Below, piece after piece: positions 51,916 through 61,490 of a stretch of DNA of 64,000 bases. Origin of the DNA: Paracoccaceae bacterium. Its GTDB lineage: Bacteria > Pseudomonadota > Alphaproteobacteria > Rhodobacterales > Rhodobacteraceae. Positions within the stretch are counted from its first letter, which is position 1. Each line of letters starts with the position of its first letter. The DNA lies in contig JAWKXK010000012.1 in assembly GCA_041397045.1 (NCBI GenBank), forward strand, positions 83,856 to 147,855. The letters run 5' to 3'. A program made the translations under genes and the position numbers. Below the pieces are notes generated by a model. That model ran no database searches. It was not told where the DNA came from and saw only the letters and a program-made list of their open reading frames with translations.

Positions 51916-53666
51916 TCAGATCCCGCCGAGCAGGAAGAGCAGGGGCAGCGCCAAGAACAGCGCGCCGATGGGATCGCCGCCATCCCCGCCATGATCGCCG
52001 GACCATGCGGCGGCATGGGGCATGGCCGGATCATCGGGCGGCAGATCCGCATCCTCATCGGGGGGTAGCATCGGCAGATCATCCGGCGCGGCCGCATCCG
52101 CGGGGGCGGCGAGGGCGAGGACCGGGCCATCGCTGAAATCGGCGATGTCCAGCTTCCCGGCCTCAGTCTTGGCGAAGGCGAGGCGGATCACCTCATGCGG
52201 GGTGTCGAAGTGGAGGGTCAGGCCGTCCTGCCCTTGATCCACAGTTGCCGCCGCGCGCTGGCCGATGGCGAAGGTTTCCGCCTCGGGCGTTTCGTCGATA
52301 TCGGGATTGTCGGGGATGGCGAAGCGATCCATCCAGTCTGACGGGACAGTTGCGGTCAGGCGATCCGCGGCAAGGTGGCCGTAGGTGGTGCCCAGACCTT
52401 CGAAATCCAGCGTCAGGCCCTCCGGCGGGGGGCTGGCCCCGGCGGACAGGAAGATGATCAGCTTGTCGGCATTTTCGAACCCGTAGAGCCAGACATCATC
52501 CTGACCATCATTTTCCAGCCCGAAGCCGAGGGCGCGGGTGCCGGTCACGCTTTCGGCCAGCATGTCGAGCATGTCCTGAGCGATGAAATCCTGCGGGGTG
52601 CCGTTGACATCGGTCAGGCTGAGCCGCCCGGGATGGATCATGTCGGTGCCGAAGGCGGCGGCGGCGGTCAGCCCTTCGGCGCCGTATTCGGACAGCATTT
52701 CAAGCATCAGGCGCGGATGTTCGGGGCCGTAGTCGCGCAGGGAAAGCTGGTCCTGCCAGAAGGATTCGAATTCGGTGGTGGTGCGGCCGGCCAGATCTAT
52801 CTGATCTTCGGTCAGGCTGCCGCCCTGTGCGTGATCCGCGGCGAGGAAGTCGCGAAGCGCCTCGGTTCTGGTGTAGCTTCCCACGCCATAGGCGCTGAGA
52901 AAGAGGTCGGGCCCGTCGCCGCCGAGGGCCGCGGCATCGCTGCGCCAGGCCTCGATCACGGGGTGGAATTCATCCGCCGATCCATCGACGCCGGTCGCGT
53001 TCCAGGCAAAGCGGTGGTGGATGATCTGATCGACCTCGACCAGCGAGTCGTCGCTGATCTCGTCGCGGATCAGCATGTCTTCGGTCAGCGTGCGCCCGGC
53101 CTGCACGGCGATGGCGGGATCGAGGTCGATCAGGTTCACCGACGCGTCCCCGAGGGCGGCGGTCAGTTCCGAGACGTAGATTTCCGCGATATGGCCATAA
53201 TGGCTGGCGGCGTCGGGATCATCGCGGAAAGAGGAGAAGAACTCGCTGCCGATCTCCAGCGTCAGGGACTGCGGCGGGGGGCCATAGGCCCCGCCCAGAA
53301 GATCGCCCAGGAAGGCGCGGAGATCGGTGCGCAGCAGATCATCCTGGCCCACATAGCGGGCCGTGGGCAGGACGATCGACAGGCCCGTGCCAAGCGTCTG
53401 GGCATGGGCCATGATCTCGGACAGGCCGGGGCGCCCGGTATCGGCGGCGAAGAGACCGGGAATATCGAGCCCGTAGCTATCGGGGCGGGCCTCGGCGAGA
53501 TAGCCGCCGGGCCAGACCATCGTGCCGATGCTGTTATCGGCCAGTTGCGCATCGAAGCGGTGAAACGGGCGGAAGCCGGTATAGCGGTAGCCGAACATTT
53601 CGGCATCCCAGACGGGGCGTCGGGGATTTCGGCTGCTGCGCCGACGGACAGGAACAGGGTGCTCAT
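51916..53666 (-). CDS. Acidic hypothetical protein with a glycoside hydrolase-like fold and a C-terminal hydrophobic tail
   Basis: 560 aa ORF ending its 5' side at 53598, with a probable N-terminal extension (MSTLFLSVG, 53666) in another frame. Motifs VWPGG and LEIGSE; ends GGDPIGALFLALPLLFLLGGI. Confidence 0.7.
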
Positions 53667-54039
53667 CAATAACCTATGGGACTGGCAGCAGCACGGCGGG
53701 TGGTGCCGACCCGCCCTGCAAACTTTGTGCCGTGCGGATGGAAGGGGGCGGAAATGGGGGGCATGGACCGACAGGATGGGGTGGCAACGGCGGCGGTCCT
53801 GCCGCCTGTGACGCAGGAAGCAGAGCGTGGCCATCCGCGCCAAGCCGCGTCTGGATGGCGGGGGCTGACTTCGGTTCGGGACCGGGCGCTTTGGCGCGGT
53901 AGGCCCGAGACGAAGGGGTGGGGGCACCCTTCCATCCGGAGGGCCGGGCGGAGGGTTGTGCCGCCTGTGCGGCAAATCCGGCCTGCCCCGAACCGGGGCA
54001 CGGCAGGGAATGGGCAGGGCAAGAGGGGGGGCTGCTCTC

Positions 54040-54113
54040 TGGAGGCGGGTACCGGAATCGAACCGGTCTTCACGGATTTGCAATCCGCTGCGTAACCTCT
54101 CCGCCAACCCGCC
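54040..54113 (-). tRNA. tRNA-Cys(GCA)
   Basis: Reverse complement GGCGGGT...GCGGA-tt-GCA-aa-TCCGT...GGTTCGATTCC...ACCCGCC-T-CCA. Confidence 0.97.
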
Positions 54114-54220
54114 ATGCCCAGAGGTGCGGCCTGATTAGGCGATACGGCAGGCGGGCGCAAGGGGGCGGATTGCGGGGAAATGCCGGGGCGGGCGGGCCGT
54201 CCGGCGGGGGCGATCCGCGA

Positions 54221-54253
54221 CTGGCCTTAACAACGTTGCGCCTCTGGCCCTAT
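54221..54253 (+). promoter_or_regulatory. TauR-type direct repeat upstream of tpa
   Basis: CTGGCCTTAA-N13-CTGGCCCTAT; same spacing as the xsc site. Confidence 0.7.
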
Positions 54254-54337
54254 CGGGGCGGGCGGGGCTGAAGGATGATGGCGGCGAGAGACCCTGCAGT
54301 TTGCGGGGCCCGCCCTGTTTCACGAAAGGACGCACCC

Positions 54338-55720
54338 ATGGAAGGGTTGGACCGTTTCAACGATATCTCCGAGGTGGTCGAGGCCGACCGCGCCCATGTC
54401 TGGCATCACCTGAGCCAGCACAAGCAATACGAGACCGGCGTCGATCCGCGCGTGATCGTGGAAGGCAAGGGGATGAAGGTCTGGGATGCCAAGGGGAAAG
54501 AGCATCTCGATGCCGTCTCTGGCGGGGTCTGGACGGTGAATGTGGGCTATGGCCGCGAAAGCATCGCAAATGCGGTGCGCGACCAGTTGATCAAGATGAA
54601 CTATTTCGCGGGGGCTGCCGGTTCGGTGCCGGGGTCGATCTTTGCTCAAAGGTTGATCGAGAAGATGCCGGGGATGAGCCGGGTCTATTATTCGAACTCC
54701 GGTTCGGAGGCGAATGAGAAGGTCTACAAGATGGTGCGCCAGATCGCGCATCGTCACCATGGCGGCAAGAAGTGGAAGATCCTCTATCGCGACCGCGACT
54801 ATCACGGCACGACCATTGCCGCTTTGGCCAGTGCCGGGCAGGACCAGCGCGCGATGCAGTACGGGCCCTTCCCGGACGGGTTTGTGCGGGTGCCGCATTG
54901 CCTTGAATACCGCAAGCAATGGGACGTGGAGAACTATGGCGAGCGCGCAGCCGATGCCATCGAGGAGGTGATCCTGCGCGAAGGCCCCGATACGGTGGGC
55001 TGCCTGATCCTTGAACCCGTCACCGCAGGCGGCGGCGTGATCGTGCCGCCCAAGGGATACTGGGAGCGGGTGCAGGAGATCTGCAGGAAATACGACATCC
55101 TCTTGGCCATCGACGAGGTGGTCTGTGGCGTGGGCCGGACGGGGACGTGGTTCGGCTATCAGCATTACGGCATCCAGCCCGATTTCGTGACCATGGCGAA
55201 GGGCGTGGCCTCGGGCTATGCGGCGATTTCCTGCACGGTCACGACGGAGCGGGTCTTCGAGATGTTCAAGGACGATCCCAGTGATCCGATGAGCTATTTC
55301 CGCGACATCTCCACCTTCGGGGGCTGCACCAGCGGGCCTGCGGCGGCGCTGGAGAACATGGCGATCATCGAGCGCGAGGACCTGCTGGAGAATACGGTGG
55401 CGATGGGCGATTACTGCCTGTCCAACCTGCAGGCGCTGATGGAGAAGCACCGGATCATCGGCGATGTGCGCGGCAAGGGGCTGTTCCTTGGTGCGGAACT
55501 CGTGGCGGACCGCGCGACCAAGGAACCGGCACCGGAGGCCAAATGTCAGGCGGTGGTGGCCGATTGCATGGCGCAGGGGGTGATCATCGGGGTGACCAAC
55601 CGGTCGATCCCCGGGCTGAACAACACGCTTTGCCTGTCGCCCGCACTGATCGCCACGAAGGATGACATCGACCACATCGCCGGGGCCATCGACGGCGCTC
55701 TGACCCGCGTCTTCGGCTGA
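54338..55720 (+). CDS. tpa: Taurine--pyruvate aminotransferase (class III)
   Basis: VWHHLSQH, SGSEANE, YHG, DEVVCG, TMAKG, DISTFGG; context with tauR and xsc. Confidence 0.88.
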   Translation: MEGLDRFNDISEVVEADRAHVWHHLSQHKQYETGVDPRVIVEGKGMKVWDAKGKEHLDAVSGGVWTVNVGYGRESIANAVRDQLIKMNYFAGAAGSVPGSIFAQRLIEKMPGMSRVYYSNSGSEANEKVYKMVRQIAHRHHGGKKWKILYRDRDYHGTTIAALASAGQDQRAMQYGPFPDGFVRVPHCLEYRKQWDVENYGERAADAIEEVILREGPDTVGCLILEPVTAGGGVIVPPKGYWERVQEICRKYDILLAIDEVVCGVGRTGTWFGYQHYGIQPDFVTMAKGVASGYAAISCTVTTERVFEMFKDDPSDPMSYFRDISTFGGCTSGPAAALENMAIIEREDLLENTVAMGDYCLSNLQALMEKHRIIGDVRGKGLFLGAELVADRATKEPAPEAKCQAVVADCMAQGVIIGVTNRSIPGLNNTLCLSPALIATKDDIDHIAGAIDGALTRVFG

Positions 55721-55747
55721 ACCCAAGCGCCTTGTGAAGGACATTGC

Positions 55748-55785
55748 GCGCGGCCCCTGCAAGACAGGGGCCGCGCCTTTCTTTT
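55748..55785 (+). terminator. Intrinsic terminator after tpa
   Basis: GCGCGGCCCCTG-caaga-CAGGGGCCGCGC followed by CTTTCTTTT. Confidence 0.82.
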
Positions 55786-55825
55786 GTCTCGCCTGCGCGC
55801 CTTCGCGCTTCGGCTCGGATTTTTT

Positions 55826-55879
55826 GGGTATTTGGGCCAAGATGAAGGGGTTTGGGCTTCATCTTGGGAAAAATACTCC
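55826..55879. repeat. REP-like inverted pair
   Basis: GGGTATTTGGGCCAAGATGAAG...CTTCATCTTGGGAAAAATACTCC. Confidence 0.75.
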
Positions 55880-55995
55880 TCGGAGGGAGGCCCGCAGGGC
55901 CTGGGGAGCAGACGGCCCCCGGCGACGCCGCGGCCGGGCTTGACGCATGAAGGGGGCGCGCGCCTTATGGCCGGATCACGCGGAGGCAGGGCCAG

Positions 55996-57456
55996 ATGGC
56001 GATACCGGTTGAAAGTTTCTATCTGCCCCAAGGCGGTAGTGGCAGCCTGCAGCAGCGGATCCGGCAGATGGTGGCCGAGGGGATCCTCGCCGGGAGGTTC
56101 CGGGCGGGCGACAGGATGCCGTCGTCGCGCGGGCTTGCGGCGCATCTGGGGGTAAGCCGGATCACCGTGACGCTGGCCTATACGGAACTGGTGGCGGCGG
56201 ATTATCTGACGGCGCGGGGGCGGTCGGGCACGTTCGTGAGCGAGGGGGTGCCGGTGCAACCCGGGTTCCAGCCCGTGCCGAGGGCGATGGGGACCGTGGA
56301 TTGGGAGGCGCTGTGCGGGGGGCGGTTTTCCCGGATGGAACGGGTGGAACGGCCCGAGGATTGGCGGTCCTATCCCTATCCCTTCATCTATGGGCAGGCG
56401 GATCCGGCGTTGTTCGACCATCAGAACTGGCGGTTATGCGCCCTGCAGGCCCTGGGACGGCGGGAGTTCGAGACGCTGACTGCGGATCGCTATGAGCGGG
56501 ATGATCCGCTGCTGATCGAGTATCTGTTGCGCAACATCCTGCCGCGCCGGGGGATCGAGGCGCGGCCTTCGGAGGTGCTGGTCACCATGGGGGCGCAGAA
56601 TGCGCTGTGGTTGGCGGCGCAGGTGTTGCTCAGGCCCGGGGGGCATGCGGTGGTGGAGAATCCGGGCTATCCGGGGTTCCGGGCGATGTGCGCACAGGCG
56701 GGGGCGGTGGTGACGCCGGTCGCGGTGGATGAGGGGGGGCTGTCGGTGGACAGCCTGCCTGCCGGGGTGGATGTCGTCTTTACCACGGCAAGCCATCAGA
56801 GCCCGACCAATGCCACCATGCCGATGGCCCGGCGCATGGCCCTTCTGCGGGCGGCGGAAGAGCGGAATTTCCTTGTGATTGAAGATGATTACGAGTTCGA
56901 GATGAGTTTCCTGAAACCCGTCTCGCCGTCGATCAAATCGCTCGATTCCGGGGGGCGGGTGGTGCATGCGGGATCCTTTTCGAAATCCATCTTTCCGGGG
57001 CTGCGGCTGGGCTGGCTGGTGGGGCCGGAGCCCTTCATCCGCGAGGCGCGGGCGCTGCGGGCACAGGTGCTGCGCCATCCGCCGGGGCAGTTGCAGCGCA
57101 CGGCCGCGCATTTCCTGAGCCTTGGGCATTACGACGCGCTGGTGAACCGGATGAAGGCCGCCTTCGCCAAGCGGCGCAAGGCGATGGAAGAGGCGATTTC
57201 CCTGCATGATCTGAGGGTTGCGGGGCAGGGCGGGTTTGGCGGATCGTCCTTCTGGATGGAGGCCGCGCCGGGGATGGACAGCGAGGCGGCGGCGCTGCGC
57301 CTGCGGTCCGAGGGGGTGTTGATCGAGCCGGGGCGGGTGTTCTTTCACCCCGGGACGGAGCGGCGGAATTTCTACCGTCGGGCCTATAGTTCCATCCCGG
57401 TGGGCAAGATCCCGGAGGGGATCGCGCTGGTGGCGAGGGTCCTGCGCGAGATGTGA
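55996..57456 (+). CDS. tauR: MocR/GabR-type GntR regulator of taurine catabolism
   Basis: wHTH MPSSRGLA..LGVSRITV; aminotransferase-like domain SHQSPT, IEDDYE, SFSKSIFPGLRLG; located between tpa and xsc. Confidence 0.9.
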   Translation: MAIPVESFYLPQGGSGSLQQRIRQMVAEGILAGRFRAGDRMPSSRGLAAHLGVSRITVTLAYTELVAADYLTARGRSGTFVSEGVPVQPGFQPVPRAMGTVDWEALCGGRFSRMERVERPEDWRSYPYPFIYGQADPALFDHQNWRLCALQALGRREFETLTADRYERDDPLLIEYLLRNILPRRGIEARPSEVLVTMGAQNALWLAAQVLLRPGGHAVVENPGYPGFRAMCAQAGAVVTPVAVDEGGLSVDSLPAGVDVVFTTASHQSPTNATMPMARRMALLRAAEERNFLVIEDDYEFEMSFLKPVSPSIKSLDSGGRVVHAGSFSKSIFPGLRLGWLVGPEPFIREARALRAQVLRHPPGQLQRTAAHFLSLGHYDALVNRMKAAFAKRRKAMEEAISLHDLRVAGQGGFGGSSFWMEAAPGMDSEAAALRLRSEGVLIEPGRVFFHPGTERRNFYRRAYSSIPVGKIPEGIALVARVLREM

Positions 57457-57710
57457 CGTGCTGGGGGGGTGAGGGGGGGCGGTTGCCCCCCCCTTCGGCC
57501 TGCAACCCCTTGCGGACGCTGGGTTTATCTTCGGGATTCGGCCGGATTGGCGGTGCAACAGCCGGTGCAGGCGCGCGGTGCAGACGGCGGTGCAGACGCG
57601 CGGTATCGGAAGGGGGCGTTAACCATCAGGGACGGGCGGTGCGCCGTGACCCCGCCCCGGACCTGATCCGGGGCCTCCCTCCCATGTCGAGCGCGGGACA
57701 GGGTTGGTGA

Positions 57711-57743
57711 CTGGACTTAAGTGGCCCGGTTTTCTGGCCCTAA
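57711..57743 (+). promoter_or_regulatory. TauR binding direct repeat upstream of xsc
   Basis: CTGGACTTAA-N13-CTGGCCCTAA; matches the CTGGAC(T/C)TAA repeat I recall for Rhodobacter capsulatus TauR. Confidence 0.8.
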
Positions 57744-57820
57744 GTCATGGGCCCGGTGCGGGGGTATCAAGGGGCAAATCGCCCGGCCTCGGGCGGCGGT
57801 GGATTGAGCGGGAGACAGCC

Positions 57821-59596
57821 ATGCGGATGACGACGGAAGAGGCTTTCGTGAAGGTGTTGCAGATGCATGGCATCGACAATGCCTTTGGCATCATCGGATC
57901 GGCTTTCATGCCAATCTCGGACCTGTTCCCCAAGGCGGGCATCACCTTCTGGGACTGCGCGCATGAAGGATCGGGCGGCATGATGGCGGACGGGTTCACC
58001 CGCGCCTCGGGCCGGATGAGCATGATGATCGCGCAGAATGGGCCGGGCATCACCAATTTCGTGACGGCGGTGAAGACGGCCTATTGGAACCATACGCCGC
58101 TTCTGCTGGTCACGCCGCAGGCGGCGAACCGCACGATCGGGCAGGGCGGGTTTCAGGAAGTGGAACAGATGGCCCTGTTCAAGGACATGGTCTGCTATCA
58201 GGAGGAGGTGCGCGATCCGAACCGCGTGGCGGAGGTGCTGAATCGCGTGATCCTGAACGCGCGGCGCCATTCGGCCCCGGCGCAGATCAACATGCCACGG
58301 GATTACTTTACCCAAGTCATCGACATCGACCTGCCCGCGGTGGTGGAGTTCGAGCGGCCGTCAGGTGGGGAGGCGGCGATTGCGGAGGCGGCGGCGCTGC
58401 TGTCATCCGCGAAGTTCCCGGTGATCCTGAACGGGGCGGGGGTGGTGATCGGCGGGGCGATTCCGGCGTCGATGGCTTTGGCCGAGCGGCTCTCGGCCCC
58501 GGTTTGCGTGGGGTATCAACATAACGACGCGTTTCCGGGGAGCCATCCGCTGTTTGCGGGGCCTTTGGGGTATAATGGCAGCAAGGCGGGGATGGAGTTG
58601 ATCCAGCGCGCGGATGTGGTGCTGGCGCTGGGGACGCGGCTCAATCCGTTTTCCACCTTGCCGGGCTATGGGCTGGATTACTGGCCCAAGGAGGCCAAGA
58701 TCATTCAGGTGGATATCAACCCGGCGCGGATCGGGCTGACGAAGCGGGTTTCGGTCGGCATCGTGGGGGATGCGAAGAAGGTGGCGGAGGGGATTTTGGC
58801 GCGGCTTTCGGCGCAGGCTGGCGAGACGGGGCGGAAAGAGCGGTTGGACCTGATCGCCACGACGAAAAGCCGTTGGGCGCAGCAACTGGCATCCATGGAT
58901 CATGAGGATGACGATCCGGGCACAAGCTGGAACGCGCGGGCGCGGGCGGACAAGCCCGATTGGATGAGCCCGCGCATGGCCTGGCGGGCGATACAGTCTG
59001 CCTTGCCGAAGGAGGCGATCATTTCGTCGGATATCGGCAACAACTGCGCCATCGGGAATGCCTATCCGACCTTTGAAGCGGGGCGGAAATATCTGGCCCC
59101 CGGCCTGTTCGGGCCTTGTGGATACGGGTTGCCTGCCATCGTGGGGGCGAAGATCGGCTGTCCGGATGTGCCGGTGGTGGGGTTCGCGGGGGACGGGGCG
59201 TTCGGGATTGCGGTGACGGAGTTGACGGCCATCGGGCGGCCGGAATGGCCTGCGGTGACGATGGTGGTGTTCCGCAATTACCAGTGGGGGGCGGAGAAGC
59301 GGAATTCGACGCTGTGGTATGACGACAATTTCGTGGGGACGGAGCTGGATACGCAGGTTTCCTATGCCGGGATCGCGCGGGCCTGCGGGTTGCAGGGGGT
59401 GCAGGCGCGGACGATGGAGGAGTTGCGGGACGCTTTGGCCAAGGCCGTTGACGATCAGATGACCCACGGCAAGACCACGCTGATCGAGGCGCTGATCAAT
59501 CAGGAGTTGGGTGAGCCGTTCCGGCGGGACGCGATGAAGAAGCCTGTCGCGGTGGCGGGGATTTCCGCCGCCGACATGCGTCCGCAGGTGGTTTGA
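57821..59596 (+). CDS. xsc: Sulfoacetaldehyde acetyltransferase (ThDP-dependent)
   Basis: MTTEEAFVKVLQMHGI, FGIIGSA, QNGPGITN, GYNGSKA, GDGAFG...NYQWGAEKRN, EPFRRDAM. Confidence 0.96.
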   Translation: MRMTTEEAFVKVLQMHGIDNAFGIIGSAFMPISDLFPKAGITFWDCAHEGSGGMMADGFTRASGRMSMMIAQNGPGITNFVTAVKTAYWNHTPLLLVTPQAANRTIGQGGFQEVEQMALFKDMVCYQEEVRDPNRVAEVLNRVILNARRHSAPAQINMPRDYFTQVIDIDLPAVVEFERPSGGEAAIAEAAALLSSAKFPVILNGAGVVIGGAIPASMALAERLSAPVCVGYQHNDAFPGSHPLFAGPLGYNGSKAGMELIQRADVVLALGTRLNPFSTLPGYGLDYWPKEAKIIQVDINPARIGLTKRVSVGIVGDAKKVAEGILARLSAQAGETGRKERLDLIATTKSRWAQQLASMDHEDDDPGTSWNARARADKPDWMSPRMAWRAIQSALPKEAIISSDIGNNCAIGNAYPTFEAGRKYLAPGLFGPCGYGLPAIVGAKIGCPDVPVVGFAGDGAFGIAVTELTAIGRPEWPAVTMVVFRNYQWGAEKRNSTLWYDDNFVGTELDTQVSYAGIARACGLQGVQARTMEELRDALAKAVDDQMTHGKTTLIEALINQELGEPFRRDAMKKPVAVAGISAADMRPQVV

Positions 59597-60336
59597 TGCC
59601 CTTTGACCTGTCCCTTGCGGGGACGGTCTGGATGGCGGTGGCCGTGCTGGGCGCGGCCTTCATCCGGGGCTATTCGGGGTTCGGCTATTCGGCCATGGTG
59701 ATTGCGGCGTCATCCCTTGTGATGAACCCGCTGAACATGGTGGCGGTGGTGGTGATCCTTGAGACGGCCATGAGCGTGCAGGCGGCGCGGGGCATTTCAC
59801 GGGATGTGGACTGGCGGCGGGTCGGGTTCCTGCTGGCGGGGGCGGCGGTGGGGCTGCCCTTGGGGCTGTGGCTGCTGACGGGGATATCCGAGGATGCGGC
59901 GCGGGCGGTGATTTCGGGTTACGTGCTGGTGATGTGCGGGGTGCTGCTGGCGGGGTGGCGGCTGGCGGGTGAGGCGCGGGGGATATCGAACCTTGGGATG
60001 GGGGTCGTGTCGGGGTTGGCCAATGCGCCGGGGATGGGGGGGCTGCCGATTGCAGCCTTTTTCGCCGCGCAGCCGATGCGGGCGGCGGTGTTCCGGGCGA
60101 CGTTGATTGCCTATTTTCCGCTGTTGGACCTGTATTCCGCGCCGCTTTACTGGTGGGCGGGGCTGGTGAGTTGGGACACGCTTTGGGCGTCGTTGATCGC
60201 GCTGCCTTTGACGTTTCTGGGCAACTGGCTGGGGGGGCGGCATTTCCTGAATACGGATCCGCAGGATTTTCGCCGCTTTGCCATCCTGCTTCTCGCGGGG
60301 TTGGCGGGGATGGGGCTGGTGAAGGCGGTGCTGTGA
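59596..60336 (+). CDS. TauE/SafE family sulfite exporter
   Basis: AAFIRGYSGFG, about 8 TM segments, GMGGLP, FRATL; translationally coupled to xsc. Confidence 0.85.
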   Translation: MPFDLSLAGTVWMAVAVLGAAFIRGYSGFGYSAMVIAASSLVMNPLNMVAVVVILETAMSVQAARGISRDVDWRRVGFLLAGAAVGLPLGLWLLTGISEDAARAVISGYVLVMCGVLLAGWRLAGEARGISNLGMGVVSGLANAPGMGGLPIAAFFAAQPMRAAVFRATLIAYFPLLDLYSAPLYWWAGLVSWDTLWASLIALPLTFLGNWLGGRHFLNTDPQDFRRFAILLLAGLAGMGLVKAVL

Positions 60337-61490
60337 TGGCGGTGCTGGTCGTCAATGCGGGGTCGTCCAGCCTGAAGGTGGCGGTGTTCGATGACGGCCT
60401 GCGCGAGGTGCTGGCGGGCCGGGTGACGGAGATCGGGGGGGCGGCGCGGGTGGAGGTCGGGCCTTTGGTCGGGGCGCGGGTGGTGGGGACCCATGCGGTG
60501 GCGATGGCGCTGGTGTTCGAAGGGATGGAGGAGGCGGGGGTTTCCGTCGGGTCGTTGAAGGCGGCGGCGCATCGGGTGGTGCATGGCGGGGCTGCGCTGG
60601 TGGTGTCCTGCCGGGTGACGGAGGCGGTGATGGCGGAGGTGGAGACCTGCGTGCCGCTGGCGCCTTTGCACAATCCGGCGAACCTGACGGGGATGCGGGC
60701 GGTGGCGGCGCTGGTGCCGGGGCTGCCGCAGTTTGCGAGTTTCGACACAGCCTTTCATGCCAGCGTGCCGGAGGTGGCGGCGCGCTATGCCCTGTCTGCG
60801 GAGGCAGAGGCGCTGGGCCTGCGGCGCTATGGGTTTCATGGGATCAGTTACGCGTCGGTTGTTCGAAAAGTGCAAGAAATGGGGATTGGGGCGCTGCCGA
60901 AGCGGCTGCTTGTGTTCCATTTGGGTAATGGCGCGTCGGCTTGCGGGATCGTGGACGGGCGATCTGTGGCGACGACGATGGGCTATTCGCCGCTGGACGG
61001 GTTGACGATGGGAACGCGGGCCGGGGGGATTGACGGGAATGCGGTGCTGCGTCTGGCGGAGGTGCATGGGATCGCGGGGGCGGGGCGGATCCTGAACCGC
61101 GAGAGCGGGCTTCTGGGCCTTGGCGGGGCGTCGGACATGCGGGCCTTGCATCGGGCGGGGACGGCGGAGGCGCGGTTCGCGGTGGCGCATTTCTGCTATT
61201 GGGCGGTGCGGCATGGCGGATCGCTGGTGGCGGCGATGGGGGGGCTGGATGCGGTGGCCTTTACCGGGGGCATCGGCGAGAATGATGCGGAGGTGCGGGC
61301 GGAAATCCTTCGGGGATTGGCCTATGCCGGGGTAGAGTTCGACGAAGGCGCGAATGCGGCGGGGGCGGGCGTGTTGCATCTGGAAGGCGCGCGTGTCGCT
61401 GTCTGGATAGTTGCGGCGGAGGAAGAGCGGCAGATTGCGATGGAGGCCATTCAGGTGATGGCGTCCGAAGGGACGGAGGGGAAGGCGTGA
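60336..61490 (+). CDS. ackA: Acetate kinase
   Basis: NAGSSSLK, HRVVHGG, APLHNP, FDTAFH, RYGFHG, HLGNGAS, FTGGIGEN. Confidence 0.94.
   Translation: MAVLVVNAGSSSLKVAVFDDGLREVLAGRVTEIGGAARVEVGPLVGARVVGTHAVAMALVFEGMEEAGVSVGSLKAAAHRVVHGGAALVVSCRVTEAVMAEVETCVPLAPLHNPANLTGMRAVAALVPGLPQFASFDTAFHASVPEVAARYALSAEAEALGLRRYGFHGISYASVVRKVQEMGIGALPKRLLVFHLGNGASACGIVDGRSVATTMGYSPLDGLTMGTRAGGIDGNAVLRLAEVHGIAGAGRILNRESGLLGLGGASDMRALHRAGTAEARFAVAHFCYWAVRHGGSLVAAMGGLDAVAFTGGIGENDAEVRAEILRGLAYAGVEFDEGANAAGAGVLHLEGARVAVWIVAAEEERQIAMEAIQVMASEGTEGKA

Noticed and set aside
45209-54113. Genomic island bounded by tRNA-Pro and tRNA-Cys
   Set aside because: No integrase and no duplicated tRNA 3' end seen; the content (selO, kbl, tdh) is host-like.
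57552-57605. Repeated CGGTGCA(G/A) units as a CRISPR or iteron array
   Set aside because: Only 12-13 bp degenerate tandem units with no unique spacers; no cas or rep genes.
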